A stretch of 64,000 bases of DNA from an uncultured Trueperaceae bacterium. Its GTDB lineage: Bacteria; Deinococcota; Deinococci; Deinococcales; Trueperaceae. This document shows, one piece after another, positions 50,735-60,185 of this stretch (its first letter is position 1; every line of letters starts with the position of its first letter). The position numbers were made by a program, and so were the translations under genes. The DNA lies in NCBI GenBank assembly GCA_963799485.1, contig CAWCXJ010000004.1, forward strand, positions 160,001 through 224,000, given 5' to 3'. The notes under the pieces were generated by a model. The model saw only the letters and a list, made by a program, of their open reading frames with translations. It was not told the DNA's origin and searched no databases.

Positions 50735-51013
50735 TTGGCTTGGTGACAGCTTAGTCGGGTTTGGCGGGGAGAAACTCGAGCCCCGTGATATTGACGCCTC
50801 TCGAGCAGTCGTCAACGCAGCTTTTCGGCACGTAGTCGCACGTCCTCAAAACGCCGTCGCCACGAAACTCGAGGTAAAAGTCGTTTTTTAACGAACTCCG
50901 GGTCAGCACCCCGGCATACGCCGTAAAGGTCATCGCCCGTGCGCGGTGCTGCGCCCGCTTCGTAGCTGCCGACCGCTGGACCTTCTTCCTTCCAGCTTTC
51001 GGTTACGCGTAAT

Positions 51014-52183
51014 TCAGGTCAGTGCTTGCGGGTCGAACAGTTTACGGTATTCGTCTCCCGCGTAACGGTCGGTCATCCCCGCTAGATAGTCGGTTACGGT
51101 ACGCACCAAACCTTTTTCTGCGGTTTCGGCTTGTACTGCTTGCGGCAGCATTTTAGGGGTTTCGCAGTACGCCGTAAAAAGTGCGGTGAGCATCCGGTCG
51201 GCTTTGCGGGTCATGCGGATTTGGCGAAAGTGATAGTACAGGTTTTCGTACAAAAAACTTTTGAGTTCGGCAAGTTGTGCGTGCAAGTCGGGTTCGGCGC
51301 AGACGAGTTTGGTGGGCGCGCGCTGCACGTCCCCCAGCGTTTTTACGGCGTAAGCGCTGAGCTGGCGGTCGGTCTCCCGGATGGTGCTTTCAATGGTCAA
51401 GCCCAAAAGTTCACGGATGAGGATGTAGCGTTCAGAACTTCCGAAATGCTGCGCGTCCAGTCCGAGCTGTTTCATCAGTTCACCGACAAGAGGAACCTCG
51501 GCAATTTGCGGCGGGGTGAGGTGAGCGCCGCGCAAGCCGTCCTCCAAGTCGTGCGCGTTATACGCCAGCTCGTCGGCGATGTTGACCACCTGCGCCTCCA
51601 AAGACGGTTGCCGGTCGGGTTCATGACCATCCCCAAACCTCTTACTAAAACTTGTACCGAGCAAATCATATTTGTCGTGTTTCATGATGCCCTCGAGCGT
51701 CTCCCAGCTCAAATTAAGCCCCGGAAAAGCGGGATAGCGGTGCTCGAGTTCGGTGACCACCCGCAAAGACTGCTGGTTGTGGTCGAAACCGCCTTCAGCA
51801 CTTGCCAGCCGGTCGAGCGTGCGTTCCCCGGCATGTCCGAACGGCGGGTGCCCGAGGTCGTGGGCCAGGGCAATCGTCTCGGCGAGGTCGTCGTTTAGGC
51901 CGAGCGCGCGGGTGATGCTTTTGGCGACCTGCGCGACCTCGAGCGTATGCGTGAGGCGCGTGCGGTAGTGGTCGCCCTCGTAGTTTACAAACACTTGCGT
52001 TTTGTACTCGAGCCGCCTGAAAGCCGAGGTGTGAATCACCCGGTCGCGGTCTTTTTGAAAGGCGGTGCGGTATTGAGACGGCCCTTCCGCGTAGCTGCGG
52101 CCCCGGCTTTTTGCAGCGAGAACGGCGTAGGGGGCCAGCGTGTCGGCTTCGCGCTGCTCGAGCTGCTCACGCGTGTAAATCAT
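51014..52183 (-). CDS. dgt: Deoxyguanosinetriphosphate triphosphohydrolase (HD family)
   Basis: FQKDRDR, RTRLTH, HDLGHPPFGHAGE and DYLAGMTD motifs. Confidence 0.94.
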   Translation of the reverse strand: MIYTREQLEQREADTLAPYAVLAAKSRGRSYAEGPSQYRTAFQKDRDRVIHTSAFRRLEYKTQVFVNYEGDHYRTRLTHTLEVAQVAKSITRALGLNDDLAETIALAHDLGHPPFGHAGERTLDRLASAEGGFDHNQQSLRVVTELEHRYPAFPGLNLSWETLEGIMKHDKYDLLGTSFSKRFGDGHEPDRQPSLEAQVVNIADELAYNAHDLEDGLRGAHLTPPQIAEVPLVGELMKQLGLDAQHFGSSERYILIRELLGLTIESTIRETDRQLSAYAVKTLGDVQRAPTKLVCAEPDLHAQLAELKSFLYENLYYHFRQIRMTRKADRMLTALFTAYCETPKMLPQAVQAETAEKGLVRTVTDYLAGMTDRYAGDEYRKLFDPQALT

Positions 52184-52234
52184 GACTCAGCCTAACGCGC
52201 CGCGCGCCGCTTTACCGCGAGATACACTGCAGCT

Positions 52235-53056
52235 ATGGGACGTGCCGAGCAGCGCCGCGTATTTTTGGACTTTGCCACCGAACTCGCCTATGACGCCGGG
52301 CGGTTGACGCTCGGTTACTTCGGACGCTCGCCTGCGGGTTTGGGGCTCGAGTATAAGGGCGACGCCAGCCCCGTAACGATTGCCGACCGGGAGGCCGAAG
52401 CGCTGATTCGCCGCCGCATCGCGGCGCGGTTTCCCGACCACGCCGTACTGGGCGAAGAGTTTGGTGAAGCTGAAAAGGGAGCGTCGCACCGCTGGCTCGT
52501 TGACCCCATCGACGGGACGAAGGCGTTTGTCCGGGGCGTGCCGCTTTACGGCGTGCTGTTAGGGCTCGAGATCGACGGGCGGTGTGAAGTCGGCGTCGCG
52601 CATTTTCCGGCCCTGGGCGAACTCTGCGCCGCCGCGTCGGGGCTGGGGTGTACCTTAAATGGTCGTCCGGCGCACGTTTCGGAAAAGAAAACACTCGCTG
52701 AAAGCACCGTCGGTTTTACCGATATTAGTAGTTTTACGGCCTATAACCGCGCCGAGGCTTGGACGCGTATCGCGGCGGCGGCCTACGACCGCCGGGGCTG
52801 GTCGGACGCTTACGGGCACATGCTGGTCGCCACCGGGCGTATGGAAGCGATGTTCGACCCCATCATGAACGCGTGGGACTGCGGGCCGTTTCCGGTCTTG
52901 TTGCGCGAGGCGGGCGGGTATTTCGGCGACTGGTCGGGGCACGAAACGCTTTACGGCGACGAGGGCCTGAGTACAACAAAGGCGCTGTTGCCGGCGGTCT
53001 TGGAAATTATCGGGGGGCTCGAGACGCCTAAACACCCGACGCGCGAGCCTCTCTGA
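52235..53056 (+). CDS. Inositol monophosphatase family protein (HisN-like histidinol phosphatase)
   Basis: SPVTIADREAE, GEEFG, DPIDGTKAF and AWD motifs. Confidence 0.9.
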   Translation: MGRAEQRRVFLDFATELAYDAGRLTLGYFGRSPAGLGLEYKGDASPVTIADREAEALIRRRIAARFPDHAVLGEEFGEAEKGASHRWLVDPIDGTKAFVRGVPLYGVLLGLEIDGRCEVGVAHFPALGELCAAASGLGCTLNGRPAHVSEKKTLAESTVGFTDISSFTAYNRAEAWTRIAAAAYDRRGWSDAYGHMLVATGRMEAMFDPIMNAWDCGPFPVLLREAGGYFGDWSGHETLYGDEGLSTTKALLPAVLEIIGGLETPKHPTREPL

Positions 53057-53110
53057 ACTTGCGCCGCGCGTCTTGGTTCGTTACCCTGTGCCTAACTCGA
53101 GGAGGTTCTT

Positions 53111-53527
53111 TTGACCACAAAGGTAAAAGCTGAAAAGACCCGTTCTATTTCTCTTCGCAGTCTGACGCTCGCTACGCTCGTCGCCGCTGCCAGCGCACTT
53201 CTCATCAATGTGCTGCTCTACTTTTTAGGTGACCTCTTCGGCGCGTTTCCACCTTCGGTGCAGGCCCAAGGGCAACCCTTTACGGTTGTTCCGGTGATTA
53301 TCGCGAGCTTTTTTCCGGTCGTTGTCGCCGCGCTCGTCTTTTTGCTGCTGGTACGTTTTACGGCTCAGCCGAAGCGAATATTCTACCTTGTCGCCGCCGT
53401 AATTTTTGCCCTGATGATATTCACGCCGTTTACGCTTGCGGGTGCGCCGAGGCTGACGATTGTAATCCTCGAGCTGATGCACATCGTCGTCGCTACGGGT
53501 TCGGTGTGGGCGGTCAGCCGCGCGTAA
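53111..53527 (+). CDS. Small four-TM membrane protein (DUF6069-like)
   Basis: GGAGG RBS, four hydrophobic helices, C-terminal LMHIV. Confidence 0.7.
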   Translation: MTTKVKAEKTRSISLRSLTLATLVAAASALLINVLLYFLGDLFGAFPPSVQAQGQPFTVVPVIIASFFPVVVAALVFLLLVRFTAQPKRIFYLVAAVIFALMIFTPFTLAGAPRLTIVILELMHIVVATGSVWAVSRA

Positions 53528-53537
53528 CGCCCGGCGC

Positions 53538-54932
53538 TCAGGGCGCGAGCCGTAAACCCTTGGGGTAAAAGTTCTTTACGGTGCCCTTTACCTGCCGCCC
53601 CCAGCCGAGCGCAAACCCCGAAACCGTAACGACAAGCCAGCCGTCTTCGCCGGGGGCCTCGAGCACATCTCCCTGCAAATACCGCTTTAACTCCGGGCTG
53701 TCGGCGTTAAAGTCCAGCGTGCGCGTACCGCTCAGCGCTGTTTGAGTCAGGGCCGGCGCGAGGCTGTGCGCGGGTTCAAAACGGTTTTTCTTCATCGTCC
53801 CCAGCCACAGACCAGCGCGCAGGGTGCGGAGTCCGGTAAGCTCAGGCAGCGCTTCGGGGAGAGCGTAAAGCTGGTCGCCGCGAAGGGTCAAGGGTGCGTC
53901 CGGCATAACTGTGCCGTCAAACGTTTCCCCGCCGAACCTCTCCCAGAGGTCTTTCGCCTGACGGGACAACTGCGCGGGTGCCGAGGTTTTACGGCGTGTT
54001 TCGGCGCCGGCAACGCGGCTGAGTTTGGCGATGAAGTGCCCTTCACCGGGGCTCAGATGAGGCCAGAAACGAGCGGTATGTTCTAAGCTTTTAGCGGGTT
54101 CTACTGTCCATTCGGGGCGTCCGGGTGACGCGCCGGGCAGCTCGAGGGGCGCGAGTTCAAACTCCGGATTTTTGCCCAAGAACCGCGCGATAACCCTTTC
54201 ATTTTCTTCCGGCGCAAAGGTGCAGGTGCTGTAAACCAAAGTGCCTCCCGGTTTGACGAGCTGTGCAGCTTCGGCTAGCAACCCGTCTTGCCGCACCGCA
54301 CAACTCTCGATAAGATATTCGCGCCACTGCGGTGCGGCTTCGTCCGCTTTACGGAACATGCCTTCACCCGAACACGGCGCGTCGAGCAGCACCCGGTCGA
54401 AAACTGCGCCCCACCTTGCCGCAAGTTTTTGGACACTTTCGCTCGTAATCAGGGCGTGCCGGACGCCGAGGCGCTCGAGGTTCTCCCCCAAAGCCCGTAC
54501 TCGTCCCGGTGTTACCTCGTTGGCGACAAGTAAACCCTGATTGTCCATCAGACTCGCCAGCTGCGTCGCTTTACCGCCCGGCGCTGCCGCCAGATCAAGC
54601 ACCCACTCGCCCGGTTTTGGGGCTACGGCTACGGCGACCGCCATCGCCGAGGGTTCTTGCAGGTAGTAGACGCCCGCACGGTGCAGCGGGTGCAGGCCGG
54701 GGCGCGCAGGTTCAGGTAGCAAAAAACCGTCTTTGCACCAGGGGAGGGGCTCGAGCCGCCACGGTGAAAGCCTTTTGAACGCTTCCGGGGAACATCTCAG
54801 CGTATTGACCCGCAAACCGACCCTTGCAGGGTGTTCCAGACTCGCCAGAAATGCGTCCGCCTCGCGGCCTAAAAGTGCCTGCATCTTCTCGGCAAAACCT
54901 CGGAGCACCTTCACTCGGCTACACCTACGCAC
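53538..54932 (-). CDS. rsmF: RsmF/RsmB-NOP family rRNA m5C methyltransferase
   Basis: QEPSAM, DLAAAPGGK, DAPCSGEG, YSTCTF and KNFYPKGLR; probable start GTG 54914. Confidence 0.9.
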   Translation of the reverse strand: MRRCSRVKVLRGFAEKMQALLGREADAFLASLEHPARVGLRVNTLRCSPEAFKRLSPWRLEPLPWCKDGFLLPEPARPGLHPLHRAGVYYLQEPSAMAVAVAVAPKPGEWVLDLAAAPGGKATQLASLMDNQGLLVANEVTPGRVRALGENLERLGVRHALITSESVQKLAARWGAVFDRVLLDAPCSGEGMFRKADEAAPQWREYLIESCAVRQDGLLAEAAQLVKPGGTLVYSTCTFAPEENERVIARFLGKNPEFELAPLELPGASPGRPEWTVEPAKSLEHTARFWPHLSPGEGHFIAKLSRVAGAETRRKTSAPAQLSRQAKDLWERFGGETFDGTVMPDAPLTLRGDQLYALPEALPELTGLRTLRAGLWLGTMKKNRFEPAHSLAPALTQTALSGTRTLDFNADSPELKRYLQGDVLEAPGEDGWLVVTVSGFALGWGRQVKGTVKNFYPKGLRLAP

Positions 54933-54970
54933 CTCGGCGCGCCCGCACGTCCGCTCACCCTACTTGAAAC

Positions 54971-55330
54971 TTAAAGCTCGCGTTCACGCCCTACACCGAT
55001 AAGCGCGTTGAGGGCAGTGCTGATAATCGTCAGCACCAGGGCGGCAATCAGCGTTGTACCAAACCCGGTCGTCGCCATCGGGGTAAGGGCCACGACGATA
55101 CCGAGCGTTATGGCGTTGACGACCAGCAAGAAAAGCCCGAGCGTCAAGAGTGTCAGGGGCAGCGTCAGGAGGATCATGATAGGGCGCACGACGGCGTTCA
55201 CGAGGCCCAGCACGAGGGCTGCAAGTAAAATCGGCCAGAGGCCCGGTTGGGTAAAGGTGATGCCGGGGATGATTTCGGTGGTCAGCCAGAGCGAGGCGGC
55301 GTTTAAGAGCCAGCGGAGCAGCAGATACAT
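54971..55330 (-). CDS. 4-TMS phage-holin-family membrane protein (YvlD/DUF360)
   Basis: LGLVNAVVRP...LTLPLT.LTLGLF..VVNA. Confidence 0.9.
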   Translation of the reverse strand: MYLLLRWLLNAASLWLTTEIIPGITFTQPGLWPILLAALVLGLVNAVVRPIMILLTLPLTLLTLGLFLLVVNAITLGIVVALTPMATTGFGTTLIAALVLTIISTALNALIGVGREREL

Positions 55331-55393
55331 GCGCCTAGTTTAGCAGGTCGACAGTTACGCAGCGGCTCGAGTCACTTTGGTTACACTGGCGTT

Positions 55394-55654
55394 ATGTTCT
55401 ACACCCTCGAGCGCTTTGAAGACGCAGGTTCGGCGGTACTCGAGACCGAAACCGGCGACTCACTCGTCGTCCCCCAAGACGAGTTGCCACCGGCGGCGCG
55501 TGAAGGTGACGTTCTTGCCAAACTGCCTTGGTACCGCCGCGGCACGGTCCGTTACACGGTTGACGAGGCGCTTACAGCCGCGCGCCGCCGCGAAAGCGAA
55601 CAGCTCCGCGCCGAACTGCCTGTACTTCAAGACAAAGGCGATATAGAGTTGTGA
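55394..55654 (+). CDS. DUF3006 family protein
   Basis: LERFED..AVLE...LP..AREGDVL motif. Confidence 0.85.
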   Translation: MFYTLERFEDAGSAVLETETGDSLVVPQDELPPAAREGDVLAKLPWYRRGTVRYTVDEALTAARRRESEQLRAELPVLQDKGDIEL

Positions 55655-56694
55655 ACCGGCGTGGCTTAGATTGGTGTGTGATAAAGCGAACCGTCAGGTA
55701 CCTCTTACCCCTACTGCTGATCGGTCTACTCGTAAGCTGCGAAAACTCGTCCGAACGTCTGACGCTGACTTTTATCGACGTAGGCCAAGGTGACGCGGTT
55801 TTAATCCGCAGCCCCTCGGGTCAAAACGTCCTTTACGACGGCGGCAGACCGACAGAAGCGGTGCTTGCCTATCTGCAGTCGGTCGGCGTCACCTCGCTCG
55901 AGCTAGTCATCGCCTCACACGCCGACGCCGACCACATCGGCGGCTTGGAGGCGGTCGTGCGCGCCTACCAACCCCGGCTCTTTATGGATAACGGCCTGCC
56001 GCACGATACCCAGACCTACCGGGGACTCTTGCGGGCCGTGCAAGGCGCAGGCTCGCAGCTCGTGCCGCCGACGGCGCGGCGCATCGGTTTGGGTGACGCG
56101 TCGCTTCAGGTTATCCCGCCACCAGACGACCCCGGCCTGGGTAGCAACGACCACAGCGTCGGGATTATTGTCACTTACGGCAAATTTCGAGCTGCGCTCA
56201 CCGGCGACGCCGAAGAACCGGAGCTTGCATGGTGGTCGGGAAACGTTCCTGAACTCTTGGAACCGGTCACAGTCTATAAGGCGGCGCACCACGGCTCGCC
56301 GAACGGCGACAGTCAAGAGAGTATGGCGACGTTCAAACCCGAAACGGTCGTGATTTCAGTAGGCCGCGATAACGCTTACGGACACCCGTCGGCAGAGGCG
56401 CTGAAGCTCTACAAAGACGCAGGTGCGGAGGTCTACCGTACCGACCAGAGTGGCACCATCAGCATCTCGGCAGCGCAGGGCGGCAACTATCAGGTGAACG
56501 TAAGCCCTACGTCTACAAATACGGAGGCTGAGCGTACAGAGTTCACGGGTACGTCGTCAGACGATACCGACCGTAACTGTAGCGATTTTGGGACACAGGC
56601 CGAAGCACAAGCGTTTTTCGAGGCGGCGGGGCCGGGCGATCCGAACCGGCTCGACGGCAATGGCGACGGAGTGGTCTGTACGTCTCTGCCTTGA
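55651..56694 (+). CDS. ComEC/Rec2-type MBL-fold lipoprotein with C-terminal Excalibur Ca-binding domain
   Basis: Lipobox LVSC; DVGQGD, SHADADHIGG, HHGS, YGHP, RTD; DRNCSDF...LDGNGDGVVC. Confidence 0.92.
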   Translation: MNRRGLDWCVIKRTVRYLLPLLLIGLLVSCENSSERLTLTFIDVGQGDAVLIRSPSGQNVLYDGGRPTEAVLAYLQSVGVTSLELVIASHADADHIGGLEAVVRAYQPRLFMDNGLPHDTQTYRGLLRAVQGAGSQLVPPTARRIGLGDASLQVIPPPDDPGLGSNDHSVGIIVTYGKFRAALTGDAEEPELAWWSGNVPELLEPVTVYKAAHHGSPNGDSQESMATFKPETVVISVGRDNAYGHPSAEALKLYKDAGAEVYRTDQSGTISISAAQGGNYQVNVSPTSTNTEAERTEFTGTSSDDTDRNCSDFGTQAEAQAFFEAAGPGDPNRLDGNGDGVVCTSLP

Positions 56695-56974
56695 GCTGTG
56701 CAGCGCGGGTTGCAAGGTTTGGAGACTCGGCGGACGTGGCGTTGCGGACTAAGTATGTACTTAAATACTTGGATAGATACTTAGTTGAGGGACTGAGCCG
56801 GTCTTTCGGCAAGCGGCTTGTAGCTTGTCGAAAGACCACGCGCTACCGACAAGCCACGAACTCTCGTACGCTCTGCGTAATGTGATTGCTGTACTCCTAA
56901 AGATAGACCTCGGCAGTTGCCTTTTGGCCGACGACGTGCGTTCGTTGCCGGTACACACTGGGAACTGAAAGGAG

Positions 56975-57210
56975 TTGAAAGCCGTGCCTCACGCCACGTC
57001 CTATCCCGAACCACGGGGCGGCAAATTCCTCTTCGCGTCCAGGCTTATGGTCCCCCTGTGGGCGGTCGTTCACGTCTATCTCGGCTGGCTGTGGCTCAGC
57101 TCGGACTGGGGCAAAGCGACCAGTCCCGCCTGGGTCGGCGCTGAGGCCGGGGTTGCCGTCACCAGTTTTTAAGCCGCGCCCTCACCCTCGCCGGGGGTGA
57201 ACGTCCGACC
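56975..57210 (+). pseudogene. DoxX/DoxD (TQO small subunit-like) pseudogene fragment
   Basis: AAGGAG RBS; EP..FLFAS...W..V.VYLGWLWLSS.WGK.TSPAWVG; stop at 57172, similarity appears to continue in another frame (RALTLAGGERP) and then ends. Confidence 0.65.
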
Positions 57211-57446
57211 AGGCTCGGCGCGCCGCGTTTTGGCAACGCGCCCGCTGCAAGAAGCTCTCGGTCAAGCAGAGCCGACACCTAGAACCGAACCGGCGCCGAA
57301 CTCACCTTGGAGCAGGTGCCCGTAGGCTCGTAGCAGTTTTTCAAGCTGCTTGCCACGAGCCGTAAACCTCACAGGTAAGCGAAGAAGCGTTAAAGCCAAA
57401 CTCGCAAACGCCGGTCGAGCAACCGGCACGAATTGGGGGAACTCGC

Positions 57447-58772
57447 ATGAACAGTCGACAAGCCGTCACCGACACGGCCCGTACAGACACGACCCGCACC
57501 AAACAGCTGACCTTGCGGCTACTCGAGCGCGTCCTGCCCGAAGAGCGACCCTTTGCGGTCAGGCTGTGGGACGGCACCGTGCTGCCCGCCGCGTTGCCGC
57601 CCGGCAGCGACGCGGCGGCGACGCTGGTGCTCCGCGACGAAACCGCGCTGGGCGCAATGCTGCAACTGCCGCTCGACCTGCATATGGGCGAAGCCTACGT
57701 GCGCGGCGACCTCGAGATAGAAGGCGAGGTCGAGACGGTCTTCGGCTTGCTCGAGCACGCCCGGCTGGGGCTGTCGCCGCTCGACTGGGTCGGGCTGACC
57801 ACAGAAGCGGCGGCCCTGCGCCGCCACAGCGCGCGCCCCGACGCACTGGCGGCCAGGGTGCGCGGGCGCAAGCACTCGCGCGCGCGCGACCGCCAGGCGG
57901 TCAGCTTTCACTACGACCTCTCCAACGCCTTTTACAAACTGTGGCTGGACGAGCGCATGGTCTACTCCTGCGGCTACTTTCCCGCCGGAAACGAGACCCT
58001 GGACGAGGCGCAGACGGCCAAGCTCGAGCTTATCTGCCGCAAGCTGCGCCTTGCGCCCGGCGAGCGGCTTTTAGACATCGGCTGCGGCTGGGGCGGCCTG
58101 GTCGCTTACGCCGCCGAGCACTACGGGGTGCGCGCCGTGGGCGTCACCCTTTCCGAACGGCAGCTCGCGGAGGCCGAGGCGCGCCTGCGGGCGACGGGTC
58201 TGGCGGAGCAGGTCGAGCTGAGGCTGCAAGACTACCGCGACCTGACCGGAACCTTCGACAAAATCGTCAGCGTCGGCATGGCCGAGCATGTCGGCGACGA
58301 GAAGATAGGCGGCTACTTCCGCACCGTCTGGGAGCACCTAAAGCCGGGCGGCCTGATGCTCAACCACGCCATCTCTCGGGGGCCGCGCCCGTCGGTGGTG
58401 GACGCGCGCGTGGTGTCGGGCGAGTTCATGCGCCGCTACGTCTTTCCCGACGGCGAAATCCTGCCGCTGTGGCGGAGCCTGCAAGCGGCTGAAGCGGTGG
58501 GCTTCGAAGTGCGCGACGTCGAGGACTGGCGCGAGCACTACGCCCGGACCCTGCGCCACTGGGCGCAGCGGCTCGAGGCCCACCGAGACGAGGCCATAGC
58601 CGAGGTGGGGCTCGAGCGCGCCCGCTTGTGGCGGCTTTACTTGCACGGCTGCGCTCACCAGTTCGCCTACGCGCGCCTCGCCATCCACCAGGCGCTCCTC
58701 GCCAAACCCGGCGCGAACGGTCAGGTCGCCCTGCCCGCCTCTCGAGCCGACCTCTACCGGGACGAGCACTAG
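57447..58772 (+). CDS. cfa: Cyclopropane-fatty-acyl-phospholipid synthase
   Basis: HYDLSN.FY.LWLD..MVYSC.Y, LDIGCGWG, SVGMAEHVG and YVFPDG motifs. Confidence 0.93.
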   Translation: MNSRQAVTDTARTDTTRTKQLTLRLLERVLPEERPFAVRLWDGTVLPAALPPGSDAAATLVLRDETALGAMLQLPLDLHMGEAYVRGDLEIEGEVETVFGLLEHARLGLSPLDWVGLTTEAAALRRHSARPDALAARVRGRKHSRARDRQAVSFHYDLSNAFYKLWLDERMVYSCGYFPAGNETLDEAQTAKLELICRKLRLAPGERLLDIGCGWGGLVAYAAEHYGVRAVGVTLSERQLAEAEARLRATGLAEQVELRLQDYRDLTGTFDKIVSVGMAEHVGDEKIGGYFRTVWEHLKPGGLMLNHAISRGPRPSVVDARVVSGEFMRRYVFPDGEILPLWRSLQAAEAVGFEVRDVEDWREHYARTLRHWAQRLEAHRDEAIAEVGLERARLWRLYLHGCAHQFAYARLAIHQALLAKPGANGQVALPASRADLYRDEH

Positions 58773-58997
58773 AGGAGCACTCTCTACCGCAACCTCTATC
58801 AGAAAACCCCTGTTAGAAAAACCTCTATCAAAAGATGTAGGCCGCGCGCTGACCAATGAGGGTCGGCAGCGGGGGCTGCTGCGGTCATACTACTCCCGTG
58901 CCCGGCTTAGGGGAGCGCTTGGGGCTCGACATTCCGACCGGAAAAGGCGCTGGCTAGCCCTAAGTCCCAGGTTTCAAGTTCGTTGAGGAGATAAGCG

Positions 58998-60185
58998 ATG
59001 AGTGAACCCAAAGACACGATTTTACTCACCGGCGCCAGTGGCCGGCTCGGCTACCCCGTGGTAAAGCGCTTGACGGAGTCGTTCAACGTCGTCGGCTTCG
59101 ACCGCCGCGCGCCGTCGCACCCGCCGCCGAGCGCCGAGTGCCTGTACGTGGACCTGGCGTCCGATGAGAGCGTCCGCCGCGGCTTGCAGGCCGTCCGCGA
59201 GCTGCACGGCAACCGCCTCGCCTCGGTGATTCACCTGGCCGCCTACTACGACTTTTCCGGCGCGCCGAGCCCGCTCTACGACAAGGTGACGGTGCGCGGC
59301 ACCGAGCGCCTGCTGCGGCTGTTGCAGGATTTCGAGGTCGAGCAGTTCATCTTTTCCAGCACCGACCTGGTGCACGCCCCCTCCGCGCCGGGGCAGCGTA
59401 TCAACGAAGATTCGCCGCTCGAGCCCACCTGGCCTTACCCGGAGTCCAAAGTCAAGACCGAGCAGGTCATCCGCGCCGAGCGCGGCGACATCCCCAGCGT
59501 CGTCCTGCGCGTCGCCGGCGTTTACGACGACCTGTGCCACTCGATTCCGCTGGCGCAGCAGATCCAGCGCATCTACGAGCACGACCTCACCGCCTATCTC
59601 TTTCCCGGCGACGTCACCACCGGTCGCCAGGCCTACGTGCACAACGACGACGTGGTGGAGTCGATTTTGCTCGCGGTGGCGCGCCGCCACGAACTGCCGC
59701 CCGAGCTGACGCTGCTCATCGGCGAGCCCGACTCGCCCAGTTACGACGAGTTGCAGCGCGCCTTCGGCAAGCTCATCCACGGACAGGACTGGAAGACCTA
59801 CTCCCTGCCCAAGCCGCTCGCCAAAGCGGGCGCGTGGGCGCAGGAGACACTGCCGCTGGGCCGACCGCCCTTTATCAAGCCGTGGATGATCGACCTCGCC
59901 AACGACAACGTCGAACTCGACGTCACGCGCGCCCGCACCGTTTTGGGCTGGACGCCCGAGCACGCGCTGCGCGACACGCTGCCGCGCATGATACCGCCGC
60001 TCAAGGCCGACCCTGCAGCGTGGTACAGGGAAAACGAGATCACGCCGCCGCTGTGGCTGCGCGAGTTGACGCCTGCCGCGCCGGCGGGCGCGCTGGGGCG
60101 GCATGAACTGATGGCCCTGGGCGAGCAACTGGGCCACGACGCCCGGGGTCATAACTCCCAAGGCCACGACTCGAAAGGACGATGA
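58998..60185 (+). CDS. NAD-dependent epimerase/dehydratase
   Basis: TGASGRLG, HLAAYYDFSG, YPESK and FIKPWM motifs. Confidence 0.9.
   Translation: MSEPKDTILLTGASGRLGYPVVKRLTESFNVVGFDRRAPSHPPPSAECLYVDLASDESVRRGLQAVRELHGNRLASVIHLAAYYDFSGAPSPLYDKVTVRGTERLLRLLQDFEVEQFIFSSTDLVHAPSAPGQRINEDSPLEPTWPYPESKVKTEQVIRAERGDIPSVVLRVAGVYDDLCHSIPLAQQIQRIYEHDLTAYLFPGDVTTGRQAYVHNDDVVESILLAVARRHELPPELTLLIGEPDSPSYDELQRAFGKLIHGQDWKTYSLPKPLAKAGAWAQETLPLGRPPFIKPWMIDLANDNVELDVTRARTVLGWTPEHALRDTLPRMIPPLKADPAAWYRENEITPPLWLRELTPAAPAGALGRHELMALGEQLGHDARGHNSQGHDSKGR

Noticed and set aside
50751..50933. 60-aa minus-strand ORF downstream of dgt
   Set aside because: No clear RBS or recognisable motif; it may be a gene remnant but I cannot support a call
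51014..52183. dGTPase as an anti-phage nucleotide-depletion system
   Set aside because: Short housekeeping-type dgt with normal GC in a housekeeping neighbourhood
54971..55330. Phage holin family gene as evidence of a prophage
   Set aside because: YvlD/DUF360 proteins are common chromosomal membrane proteins, and no phage structural or lysis genes are nearby
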